A stretch of 15,343 nucleotides of DNA from Candidatus Rokuibacteriota bacterium (GCA_044866005.1 JBIOTN010000227.1:1-15343), one strand, 5' to 3'. Shown: positions 6,095 through 13,960, numbered from the stretch's first letter. Program-made: numbers and translations. Notes: a model not told the origin generated them from the letters alone.

Positions 6095-7564
6095 GTGAAA
6101 CCTGAGCGGTTCGACCTCGTGGTCCTGGGCTCCGGACCGGCCGGCGAGAAAGGGGCCGCCCAGGCCGCCTACTTCGGCAAGCGCGTGGCGGTCGTCGAGA
6201 GCCAGCCGTACGTCGGCGGCGCCGGCATCAACACGGGGACGATCCCCTCGAAGACCCTGCGGGAGACCGCGCTCTACTTCTCCGGGCTCGGCCAGCGCGG
6301 CCTCTACGGCGTGGACTACACGGTCAAGGCCGACCTCACCATCCGCGACTTCATGTACCGCGAGCGCGAGGTCGTCGCGACGCTCCGCGAGAAGGTCGCC
6401 CAGAACCTGGCCCGCCACGACATCGCGCTGATCCAGGGGACGGGGAGCTTCGAGGACCCCCACACCATCCGGGTGCGGAGCGACGGCGCGCCGGACCGGC
6501 TGCTGCGCGGCGACGTGGTCCTCATCGCGACCGGCTCGCGCCCCCTGCGCGACCCCGAGGTCCCGTTCGACGACCGGCTGATCCTCGACAGCGACACGGT
6601 CCTCCGGATGGACCGCATCCCCAAGACCCTCGGCGTGGTCGGCACCGGCGTGATCGGCTGCGAGTACGCCTCCATCTTCCGCGCCCTCGGGATCGACGTG
6701 ACCCTGGTGGGCGGCCGCGACCGCCTCCTGCCGTTCCTCGACCACGAGATCTCGGACCGGTTGCGGCTGCAGATGGAGCTGCTGGGCGTCCGGACGCGCC
6801 TTTCCACGACGGTCCAGCGCTACGAGCCGCTCGCCGGCGGGTGGGTGCGGCTGACGGTCTCCGACGGGAGCACGCTCGAGGTCGACAAGGTCCTCGTGGC
6901 CGCGGGCCGGCTCAGCAACACCGACGCGCTCGAGCTGCCGCGGATCGGCATCGTGCCCGACGCGCGCGGGCTCGTCACGGTGAACGACCACTACCAGACC
7001 GTCGTGCCCCACGTCTACGCCGCCGGCGACGTGATCGGCTTTCCGGCGCTGGCGGGCGTGTCGATGGAGCAGGCGCGCGTGGCGATGTGCCACGCCTTCG
7101 ACCTCAAGTACAAGACCCGCGTCGCCTCGATCCTGCCGCTGGCCGTGTACACGATCCCCGAGGTCGCGATGGCGGGCGAGACCGAGGAGACGTGCCGCCA
7201 GAAGCAGCGCCCCTACTGCGTGGGGCGCGCGTTCTTCGCGGACAACGCCCGAGGCCAGATCATCGGGGACCTCGTCGGCGCGATCAAGCTCATCTTCGCG
7301 CCGGACAACCAGCGGCTGCTCGGCGTCCACGTCATCGGCGACAGCGCCTCCGAGCTGATCCACGTGGGGCACTCCTGCCTCCAGCTCGGCGGCACGCTCG
7401 ACTTCTTCATCCAGGCCGTCTTCAACTACCCGACGCTGGGCGAGGCGTACAAGTACGCCGCCTACGACGGGCTCCAGAACCTGGCGCGTCTGCCCGAGGC
7501 GGTCCGGCGGTCCAAGCCGGCCGAGCCCCCGGAGGGCCGGGGCGGCGCCGGCGGGGGACGCTGA
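6095..7564 (+). CDS. sthA: Soluble (Si-specific) NAD(P)+ transhydrogenase, flavoprotein disulfide reductase family (489 aa)
   Basis: FAD motif DLVVLGSGPAGEKGAAQAAYFGK, NTGTIPSKTLRE (no redox-active disulfide), VVGTGVIGCEYAS, YAAGDVIGFPALA, YTIPE, and C-terminal FNYPTLGEAYKYAAYDG, typical of SthA/UdhA. Confidence 0.88.
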   Translation: MKPERFDLVVLGSGPAGEKGAAQAAYFGKRVAVVESQPYVGGAGINTGTIPSKTLRETALYFSGLGQRGLYGVDYTVKADLTIRDFMYREREVVATLREKVAQNLARHDIALIQGTGSFEDPHTIRVRSDGAPDRLLRGDVVLIATGSRPLRDPEVPFDDRLILDSDTVLRMDRIPKTLGVVGTGVIGCEYASIFRALGIDVTLVGGRDRLLPFLDHEISDRLRLQMELLGVRTRLSTTVQRYEPLAGGWVRLTVSDGSTLEVDKVLVAAGRLSNTDALELPRIGIVPDARGLVTVNDHYQTVVPHVYAAGDVIGFPALAGVSMEQARVAMCHAFDLKYKTRVASILPLAVYTIPEVAMAGETEETCRQKQRPYCVGRAFFADNARGQIIGDLVGAIKLIFAPDNQRLLGVHVIGDSASELIHVGHSCLQLGGTLDFFIQAVFNYPTLGEAYKYAAYDGLQNLARLPEAVRRSKPAEPPEGRGGAGGGR

Positions 7565-7576
7565 GGGAAGACGCCG

Positions 7577-10500
7577 ATGCGCTGCCCGAAATGCCAGGAG
7601 GAGAACCCGCCGGGAGCCAGGTTCTGCAACGCCTGCGGGGGCCAGCTCGATGCGGTCTGCCCCACCTGCGCGCACCCCAACCCGTCCGGCAGCCGCTTCT
7701 GCAACGAGTGCGGGCAGCCGCTGGGCGCCGCGCCGGCGGCGCCCGCCGCGCGCTTCGCGTCGCCCCGCGCCTACACCCCGCGACACCTCGCCGAGAAGAT
7801 CCTCACCGCACGCGCGGCCCTGGAAGGCGAGCGGAAGCAGGTGACCGTCCTCTTCGCCGACCTCAAGGGGTCGCTCGAGCTCCTGGCGGACCGGGACCCG
7901 GAGGAAGCGCGCGCGCTCCTCGACCCGGTGCTCGAGCGCATGATGGAGGCAGTCCACCACTACGAAGGGACGGTCAACCAGGTCCTCGGCGACGGCATCA
8001 TGGCGCTCTTCGGGGCGCCCGTGGCCCACGAAGACCACGCCGTGCGCGCCTGCTACGCGGCGCTCCGGATGCAGGAGAGCGTGCGCCGCTACGGCGACGA
8101 GGTGCAGCGGTCGCACGGGGTGCCGGTGCAGATCCGCGTCGGGCTCAACTCCGGCGAGGTGGTCGTCCGCTCGATCGGCAACGACCTCCACACCGACTAT
8201 CTGGCCGTGGGGCAGACCACGCACCTGGCTGCCCGGATGGAGCAGATGGACAAGCCGGGCTCCGTGCTGATCACCGCCGACACGCTCGGACTCGCCGAAG
8301 GTTACGTCCAGGTCAATCCGCTGGGCCGCGTCCCCGTCAAAGGCCTCGACACGCCGATCGGGGTCTACGAGCTCGTGGGGGCGCTCCCCGTCCGATCGCG
8401 CCTCCAGGCCGGAGCGGCGCGCGGCCTGAGCCCGTTCGTGGACCGCGAGAGCGAGCTCGAGCAGCTCCGCCGCGCCCTCGAGCAGGCCCGGACCGGGCAC
8501 GGCCAGGTCGTCGCGGTCGTCGGCGAGGCCGGCGTCGGCAAGACGCGCCTCTTCTTCGAGTTCACGCGCTCTCCCCGCACGCAGGGGTGGCTGACGCTCG
8601 AGTCGAGCTGCGCCTCGTACGGCCAGGCGACGCCGTACCTGGCGGTCCTCCAGCTGCTGAAGGCCTACTTCCAGCTGGAGGACCGCGACGCGCCCGCCGC
8701 GATGCGCGAGAAGGTGACGGCCCGGGTCACGGGGCTCGACGAGCGGCTCCGGAGCGCGATCCCGCCGACGCTCTGGCTCCTGGACGTCTTGCCCGAGGAC
8801 GACCCGTTCCGCGCGCTGCCGCCGCGCGAGCGCCGGGGCCAGACCCTCGAGGCCCTCAAGCGGCTCCTCCTGGGGGAGAGCCGCCGCCAGCCGGTCCTCC
8901 TCGTCTGCGAGAGCCTCCACTGGATCGACTCGGAGAGCCAGGCCTTCCTCGACGCCCTGATCGAGAGCCTCCCGACGGCTCGGGGGCTCGTGCTCGTCAG
9001 CTACCGCCCCGAGTACCAGCACCGGTGGGGGAGCAAGACCTACTATACTCAGCTGCCGCTCGAGCCCCTCCGGCCCGAGCACGCCCGCGTCTTGCTGCGG
9101 GGCCTCCTCGGCCTCGACGCGGGACTCGTGCCGCTGGCCGGGCTCCTGATCGAGCGGACGGAAGGAAACCCCTTCTTCCTGGAAGAGAGCGTCCGCCGCC
9201 TCGCCGAGTCCCAGGTCCTCGTCGGTGAGCCGGGGGCCTACCGGCTCGCCAAGCCGCTCGGGACCGTGCAGGTGCCGGCCACCGTCCAGGCGGTGCTGGC
9301 GGCGCGCATCGACCGGCTGCCGGCTGACGACAAGCAGCTGCTCGAGGCCGCGTCCGTCATCGGCAAGGACGTGCCGCTCCCCCTGCTCGAGGTGATCACC
9401 GAGCTGCCGGAGGCGGAGCTGCGGGCCGGCCTCATGCACCTCCAGGCGGCGGAGTTCCTCTACGAGACGAGCCTCTTCCCCGAGGTCGAGTACACCTTCA
9501 AGCACGCGCTGACCCACGAGGTGGCGTACGGGAGCCTCCTCCAGGAGCAGCGGCGGGCCCTGCACGCGCGGATCGTCGAGGCCATGGAGGCGCTCTACCC
9601 CGAGCGCCTGGCCGAGGCGGCCGAGCGCCTCGGGCACCACGCCTTTCACGGCGAGGTGTGGGACAAGGCCCTGGCCTATCTCCGCCAGGCGGGCGAGAAG
9701 GCGGCCGCCCGCTCCGCCAACCGCGAGGCGGTCGGCTACTTCGAGCAGGCGCTGGCCGCGCTCGAACATCTCGGCGACTCCCGGCAGCGGACGGAGGAGG
9801 CGATCGACCTCCGGTTCGGGCTGCGCCCGCTCCTGCTCCAGCTCGGGCGCCTGCCCGAGGTGCTCGCGGTCTCGCAGGAGGCCGAGCGCCTGGCCCAGGC
9901 CCTCGGGGACGAGCAACGGCTCGCGCGCGTCTACACCTACCTGATCAACTATCACTACCTGAAGGGCGAGCCGGCCCGCGCGATCGAGTACGGGGAGCGC
10001 TGCCTGGCGATCGGCGAGGGAGCGCGCGACCTCGGGCTCCAGGCCCTGGCGCGCCGGTACGTGGGCCACAGCTATCACGCCCAGGGCGAGTACCGGCGGG
10101 CGGAGGCGGTCCTCGAGGAGAACATCCAGGCACTCGAGGCCGCCGAGGCCGGCGACGACCCGGGGCGCGGCATCTCCTACGTGGGGTCCTGCGCCTGGCT
10201 GGCGTTCACGCTCGCCGAGCTCGGGGAGTTCGACCTGGCCCAGACGTGGCTCACCAGGGCGCAGCGGGTCGCCGACGCGAGCCGGCAGGCCTACTCCCAG
10301 ACGATCGCCTGGACCATGGCCGGCCTCGTCTGGACGCGCCGGGGTCACCTCGAGGCGGCGGTGCCGCCGCTCGAGCGGAGCCTCGAGCTCTGTCGGGAGA
10401 AGCAGCTCGCCGTCTGGCAGCCGATCCCCGCGTCGCTCCTCGGCCTGACCCTGGTCCGCCTGGGGCGACGCGAGGAGGGGCTGCCGCTGCTGGACGAGGG

Positions 10501-11164
10501 CGTCGCGCTCAGCGAGGCGCTCGGGATCAACGCCTATCTCGCCCTCTGGACGGCGCAGCTCGCGGAGGGCCGGCTGCTCGCCGGCGACGCGACGCGCGCC
10601 CGGGAGGCCGCGCAGGCGGCGCGCGCCCTGGCCCTCGCGCACCAGGAGCGCGGACACGAGGCCTGGACGCTCCGCCTCCTCGGCGACGTGGCGGCCCACG
10701 GCGAGGCCCCGGCGGTCGAGGAGGCGGAGGAGTGCTACGGGCAGGCCATCGCGCTGGCCCGGGATCGCGCCATGCGCCCGCTCCTGGCGCTCGCCGAGTT
10801 CGGCCTGGGCCGGCTACATCGCCGCGCGGGGAACCGGGCCAAGGCCGAGGAGCACCTCACGGCCGCCACGGTCCTCTTCTGCGAGATGGACATGCGGCAC
10901 TGGGTGCAGCAGGCCTGGGCGGAGCTCCGGGAGCTCGGCCACCTCTTCATCGTGGGGCAGGACCACCGGGCCCTCTACGACTACCTCTCGCAGATGTTCT
11001 CCGGCGAGGAGAAGGTCCTCATCATCATGGACCGGCGGACCGGCGAGCGGCGGCAGCGCGCGGAGGCGCCGGCCGCCGATCAGCGGCTCGGCGACCGCCG
11101 TCAGGGCCGCGGCGCCCCGCCCAGCCCCGGCGCCCGCGGCCTCGTCATCATCACCAAGCCCTGA
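7577..11164 (+). CDS. Double zinc ribbon + class III adenylate/guanylate cyclase + STAND (AAA_16-like) ATPase + TPR-like helical region + small C-terminal DRR/ERR domain (1195 aa)
   Basis: Four CxxC pairs (CPKC, CNAC, CPTC, CNEC). Cyclase motifs ERKQVTVLFADLKGS, GDGIMALFGAP and RVGLNSGEVV. Walker A GEAGVGKT, then EGNPFFLEE and YTFKHALTHEVAY, followed by Ala/Leu-rich helical repeats. Confidence 0.92.
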   Translation: MRCPKCQEENPPGARFCNACGGQLDAVCPTCAHPNPSGSRFCNECGQPLGAAPAAPAARFASPRAYTPRHLAEKILTARAALEGERKQVTVLFADLKGSLELLADRDPEEARALLDPVLERMMEAVHHYEGTVNQVLGDGIMALFGAPVAHEDHAVRACYAALRMQESVRRYGDEVQRSHGVPVQIRVGLNSGEVVVRSIGNDLHTDYLAVGQTTHLAARMEQMDKPGSVLITADTLGLAEGYVQVNPLGRVPVKGLDTPIGVYELVGALPVRSRLQAGAARGLSPFVDRESELEQLRRALEQARTGHGQVVAVVGEAGVGKTRLFFEFTRSPRTQGWLTLESSCASYGQATPYLAVLQLLKAYFQLEDRDAPAAMREKVTARVTGLDERLRSAIPPTLWLLDVLPEDDPFRALPPRERRGQTLEALKRLLLGESRRQPVLLVCESLHWIDSESQAFLDALIESLPTARGLVLVSYRPEYQHRWGSKTYYTQLPLEPLRPEHARVLLRGLLGLDAGLVPLAGLLIERTEGNPFFLEESVRRLAESQVLVGEPGAYRLAKPLGTVQVPATVQAVLAARIDRLPADDKQLLEAASVIGKDVPLPLLEVITELPEAELRAGLMHLQAAEFLYETSLFPEVEYTFKHALTHEVAYGSLLQEQRRALHARIVEAMEALYPERLAEAAERLGHHAFHGEVWDKALAYLRQAGEKAAARSANREAVGYFEQALAALEHLGDSRQRTEEAIDLRFGLRPLLLQLGRLPEVLAVSQEAERLAQALGDEQRLARVYTYLINYHYLKGEPARAIEYGERCLAIGEGARDLGLQALARRYVGHSYHAQGEYRRAEAVLEENIQALEAAEAGDDPGRGISYVGSCAWLAFTLAELGEFDLAQTWLTRAQRVADASRQAYSQTIAWTMAGLVWTRRGHLEAAVPPLERSLELCREKQLAVWQPIPASLLGLTLVRLGRREEGLPLLDEGVALSEALGINAYLALWTAQLAEGRLLAGDATRAREAAQAARALALAHQERGHEAWTLRLLGDVAAHGEAPAVEEAEECYGQAIALARDRAMRPLLALAEFGLGRLHRRAGNRAKAEEHLTAATVLFCEMDMRHWVQQAWAELRELGHLFIVGQDHRALYDYLSQMFSGEEKVLIIMDRRTGERRQRAEAPAADQRLGDRRQGRGAPPSPGARGLVIITKP

Positions 11165-11205
11165 GCTTCTGTCGGCGCCGGCGCCTGTGGAGTGAGCAGG
11201 CGTCG

Positions 11206-11571
11206 TCAGGCTTGGGCGCGCGGAGCCGTCCGAGCGGCGCCTTCGAGCCGCACATAGTCCGAGGGATCGGAGCCGCGCAAGCGGTTGAACTCGGCCGTGA
11301 CCGCGTCCAGGTACTCCCAGGTGATCTTGGCCGGGACCGGCGCGCTGACGAACCGGGCGACGGCCTGCTCGAGGGCGACGTCCCGCTGGTCCAGGGTCGC
11401 CGTCCACTTCGCCTCGACGATCTCCAGGGACAGGCCGCCGGCCTGGAAGGATCTCTCCATCTCGCTCGTGTCGAGCGAGCCCGTCATCAGCGCGCAGCCC
11501 CGCTCCGTGAGCTCGAGCCGCAACAGCTGTCGCCGGCCGCCGTCGGGGGCGGCCCCACCGGGAGCGGTCAC
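11206..11571 (-). CDS. Hypothetical protein (about 121 aa from GTG 11571, or 93 aa from ATG 11487)
   Basis: This is the 3' part of the 11206..12738 ORF. Codons for ...MTGSLDTSEMERSFQAGGLSLEIVEAKWTATLDQRDVALEQAVARFVSAPVPAKITWEYLDAVTAEFNRLRG are almost all G/C-ending, the composition is protein-like, and it fills the gap between the cyclase and dapF. The start is uncertain. Confidence 0.65.
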   Translation of the reverse strand: MTAPGGAAPDGGRRQLLRLELTERGCALMTGSLDTSEMERSFQAGGLSLEIVEAKWTATLDQRDVALEQAVARFVSAPVPAKITWEYLDAVTAEFNRLRGSDPSDYVRLEGAARTAPRAQA

Positions 11572-11708
11572 GTCGTGCTGGAAGGGCTTCCCCTCGTCCG
11601 TCCGGCCTTCCGTGTGCGCGGAGATCCCGGCCAGTGGTTCGAGCGACGAGGCCCGACGTGAAGACAGGGTATCCGATCGTCCCCTCGCCCGCCAGGCGGG
11701 CCCGCGCC

Positions 11709-12587
11709 CTAGTCGAAGGGCAGCGGCCGGCGCTGCCGGAGGGCCTCCAGCAGCTCGGGGGCCAGCTCGCCGGCGCAGACCTCGGCCACCGGCCCGCGCA
11801 GGCGGATGGCGTAGTCGCGCTCGACCTCCAGGCCGAGCTCCCCGCCCGGCATCACGACCGTCACGCGCCCGGCGGTGAGCCCGTTCCGCACCGCCGCGGC
11901 GGCCACGGCGCAGGACGACGAGCCGGAGGCCAGCGTGTAGCCGGCGCCGCGCTCCCAGATGCGGATCTCCACGCGGTCGGGCCCGAGGACGCGCGCGAAC
12001 TGGACGTTCGTCCGGTTGGGAAAGCTCGGGTGGGTCTCGATCCGCGGCCCCCAGGTCCGCACCTCGGCCTCGTCGAGCCGGTCGGTGAAGACGACGCAGT
12101 GCGGGTTCCCCACGCCCACGCAGGTGACGGTGAAGACGCGGTCGCCGACCTGGAGCGGCACGCCGACGACCTCGCGGTCGGGCCCGTGCATGGGGATCTC
12201 CGGCGCGCGGAACGTGGCCCGCCCCATCTCGACAGTGACCTGCGTCACGCGGCCCCCGGTGAGGTCGCAGGCCGCTTCCACCAGCCCGCCCCGGGTCTCG
12301 ATCCGCATGGGCGACTTCCGCAGGCCGCCGCGCTCCCACATGTACTTGGCGAAGATGCGAAGCCCGTTGCCGGACTTCTCCGCCTCGCTCCCGTCCGGAT
12401 TGAAGATCCGCAAGCCGACGTCCGCCACCGTGGAGGGGGTCCGCAGGAGGATGCCGTCCGAGCCCACCCCCCAGTTCCGGTGACAGAGCCAGCGGATCGA
12501 GGCGGGCGCGAAGGGGAAGTCGAGGTCGGCCTCCTCGAGCACGAGATAATCGTTGCCGAGGCCGTGCCCCTTCGTGAAGCGCGCCAC
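11709..12587 (-). CDS. dapF: Diaminopimelate epimerase homologue with a Ser/Ser catalytic pair (292 aa)
   Basis: Motifs FTKGHGLGNDY, RNWGVGSDG, IFNPDGSEAEKSGNGLR, VGNPHCVVF, FPNRTNVQF, IWERGAGYTLASGSSSCA and MPGG. Probable GTG start at 12587, 5 nt after the upstream gene's stop. Confidence 0.9.
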   Translation of the reverse strand: MARFTKGHGLGNDYLVLEEADLDFPFAPASIRWLCHRNWGVGSDGILLRTPSTVADVGLRIFNPDGSEAEKSGNGLRIFAKYMWERGGLRKSPMRIETRGGLVEAACDLTGGRVTQVTVEMGRATFRAPEIPMHGPDREVVGVPLQVGDRVFTVTCVGVGNPHCVVFTDRLDEAEVRTWGPRIETHPSFPNRTNVQFARVLGPDRVEIRIWERGAGYTLASGSSSCAVAAAAVRNGLTAGRVTVVMPGGELGLEVERDYAIRLRGPVAEVCAGELAPELLEALRQRRPLPFD

Positions 12588-12592
12588 GGGCG

Positions 12593-13663
12593 CTACCGCC
12601 GCGTGTAGCCGGTCGGGACCTCGAAGCGGGTCGGCTCGGCCCCCGTCGTGCGGATGCTCTTGACCTCGGTGTAGAGCGTGAAGAGAGCGCCGCTCCGCTC
12701 CGCCCCGCCGCGCCCGCCGGCCGCGCTTTCGCCGCCACCGCCCTTCTGGCCGCCGCCGAAGAGCTTGCCGAGCTGGCCCATCACCTCGGCGGGGCTGGGC
12801 TGCCCGCCGCCCTGGCGCCCGGCCGCCGGCTGCTCGGCCCCCGCGCCGCCGCTGCCCTCGGCGTTCCACTCGACCTGCGTCACGATGGCGTAGCCCCGGA
12901 CCTTCGACATCTCGGCACGCAGTCGGGCCAGGGCGCGCTCCTGCTCTTGCTCGCCGAGCCCGGTCAAGCCCGCGAAGGTCGCCATACCGTAGCGCCGCGA
13001 CTCCTCGGGGGACATCTCCATGCCGATCTTCCGGAGATAGGCCTTCGTGTACGCCTGCTCCTCGGCCGTCGCCGCGCTGATCTCGCCCGTCTCGGGCGTG
13101 GTCCACAGCCGCGTCGTCATGACGCTCTTGCCCGTCTCCCCCGTCTTCTGATTGCGGGTCTCGACGAGCCAGGTGACGAGGTACTCCTCGCAGGGGAACC
13201 GGTTGATCGTCTTCCGGGCGCCGGTCTTGTCGACCTTGAACTCGTTCTTCGTGACGACGACGTCGGAAGGCTCACCCTTCTGGGGCCGCTGGCCGGGCCC
13301 GGGTCCCGGCGCCGGTGCCTGGCGCTCCCGCTCGCCGCGCGCGGTGAGCGGCTCCTCGGCGTAGGTCTTCTTCTCGGGGTCCAGCTTCCAGACGAGGCCG
13401 CGGTCCAGGCGGGTGATGCGGATGGTGTCCCCGCCCCCCGTCATCCGCTGGAGCGCGCCGAGGACCGACCCGGTGAAGCGCAGGCTCGACTCCTCGCGTT
13501 GCGCCGTGGCGGAGGTCGTGCTGAGCGTCGTGCCCTCGAAGCCGCCCATCCCCGCGAACCCGTCGCTCCGCGAGTACCGCTCGATCAGGGCGTCCGCCCA
13601 GGCAGACGGGGTCAGGCCGAGGAGCATCAGCGCGCAGAGCGCGCCCGTGAGCCGTGGTCGCAT
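12593..13663 (-). CDS. Secreted/periplasmic hypothetical protein (356 aa), loosely DUF4412-like
   Basis: GGGAGG RBS before ATG 13663. Sec signal peptide MRPRLTGALCALMLLGLTPSAWA|D. Segments ITRLDRGLVWKLDPEKKTY, KTGARKTINRFPCEEY and the C-terminal FEVPTGY resemble DUF4412-type proteins, by recollection only. Confidence 0.8.
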   Translation of the reverse strand: MRPRLTGALCALMLLGLTPSAWADALIERYSRSDGFAGMGGFEGTTLSTTSATAQREESSLRFTGSVLGALQRMTGGGDTIRITRLDRGLVWKLDPEKKTYAEEPLTARGERERQAPAPGPGPGQRPQKGEPSDVVVTKNEFKVDKTGARKTINRFPCEEYLVTWLVETRNQKTGETGKSVMTTRLWTTPETGEISAATAEEQAYTKAYLRKIGMEMSPEESRRYGMATFAGLTGLGEQEQERALARLRAEMSKVRGYAIVTQVEWNAEGSGGAGAEQPAAGRQGGGQPSPAEVMGQLGKLFGGGQKGGGGESAAGGRGGAERSGALFTLYTEVKSIRTTGAEPTRFEVPTGYTRR

Positions 13664-13755
13664 GGTTGGGTGCCTCCCTGATGTCGCGCCCGCCCCGGTC
13701 AGGGTCGGGCGCCGCTGAGGATGGAATCGCGACGTATCTCTCCCACGTCCCGGGA

Positions 13756-13785
13756 ATTCTAAGCCGCGCCCTCGGCCCAAATCAA
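13756..13785 (-). promoter_or_regulatory. Putative sigma70 promoter for the secreted protein-dapF unit
   Basis: On the - strand, TTGATT (13780-13785), 18-nt spacer, TAGAAT (13756-13761), in a locally AT-richer patch about 90 nt upstream of the ATG. Confidence 0.5.
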
Positions 13786-13875
13786 GATTTCGGGCGCTAC
13801 GCCAGCTTTACCTGCGCGGAGTCCCGCGAGGCGGGAAGACGTCGCGAACCGCTCACCGGGCCTCGCGCCTGGACC

Positions 13876-13955
13876 GGAGCGCTCCGAGCGCGGGCTTTGC
13901 CCGCGCAACCGATCCCGGGGGAGGCTTCGGAGCGGGCCGTCGAGGCCCCCTCCGA
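13876..13955. repeat. REP/BIME-like double-hairpin extragenic element
   Basis: Hairpin GCGCGGGC-TTT-GCCCGCGC (13888-13906) and hairpin TCGGAGCGGGCC-GTCGA-GGCCCCCTCCGA (13927-13955, 11/12 paired), just downstream of the citrate synthase stop. Positions 13878-13897 recur exactly at 15324-15343. Confidence 0.8.
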
Positions 13956-13960
13956 GGGAA

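Noticed and set aside
5960..10699. 1579-aa ORF on the - strand, plus other long antisense or off-frame ORFs (136..2166, 989..2947, 3404..5044, 6841..9228, 9658..11661, 13797..15179)
   Set aside because: They overlap well-supported genes, are Arg/Gly/Pro/Ala-rich with no recognisable motifs, and are expected shadows of high-GC codon bias, which depletes stop codons in alternative frames.
7577..11164. Cyclase-STAND protein considered as an anti-phage system (Pycsar or Avs)
   Set aside because: There is no adjacent cyclic-nucleotide-binding effector, nuclease, TIR or other defence gene, and the neighbours are metabolic. This architecture is a widespread signalling type.
11709..13106. ORF-track starts for dapF (13106), the secreted protein (13780) and MoaD (3058)
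   Set aside because: The extensions overlap neighbouring genes or promoter regions and lack family similarity. Starts at 12587, 13663 and 3193 fit the domain boundaries and, for 13663, an RBS.
13876..13955. Palindromic repeats considered as a CRISPR array or tRNA
   Set aside because: There is no regularly spaced repeat-spacer series, no cas gene, and no cloverleaf or T-loop consensus.
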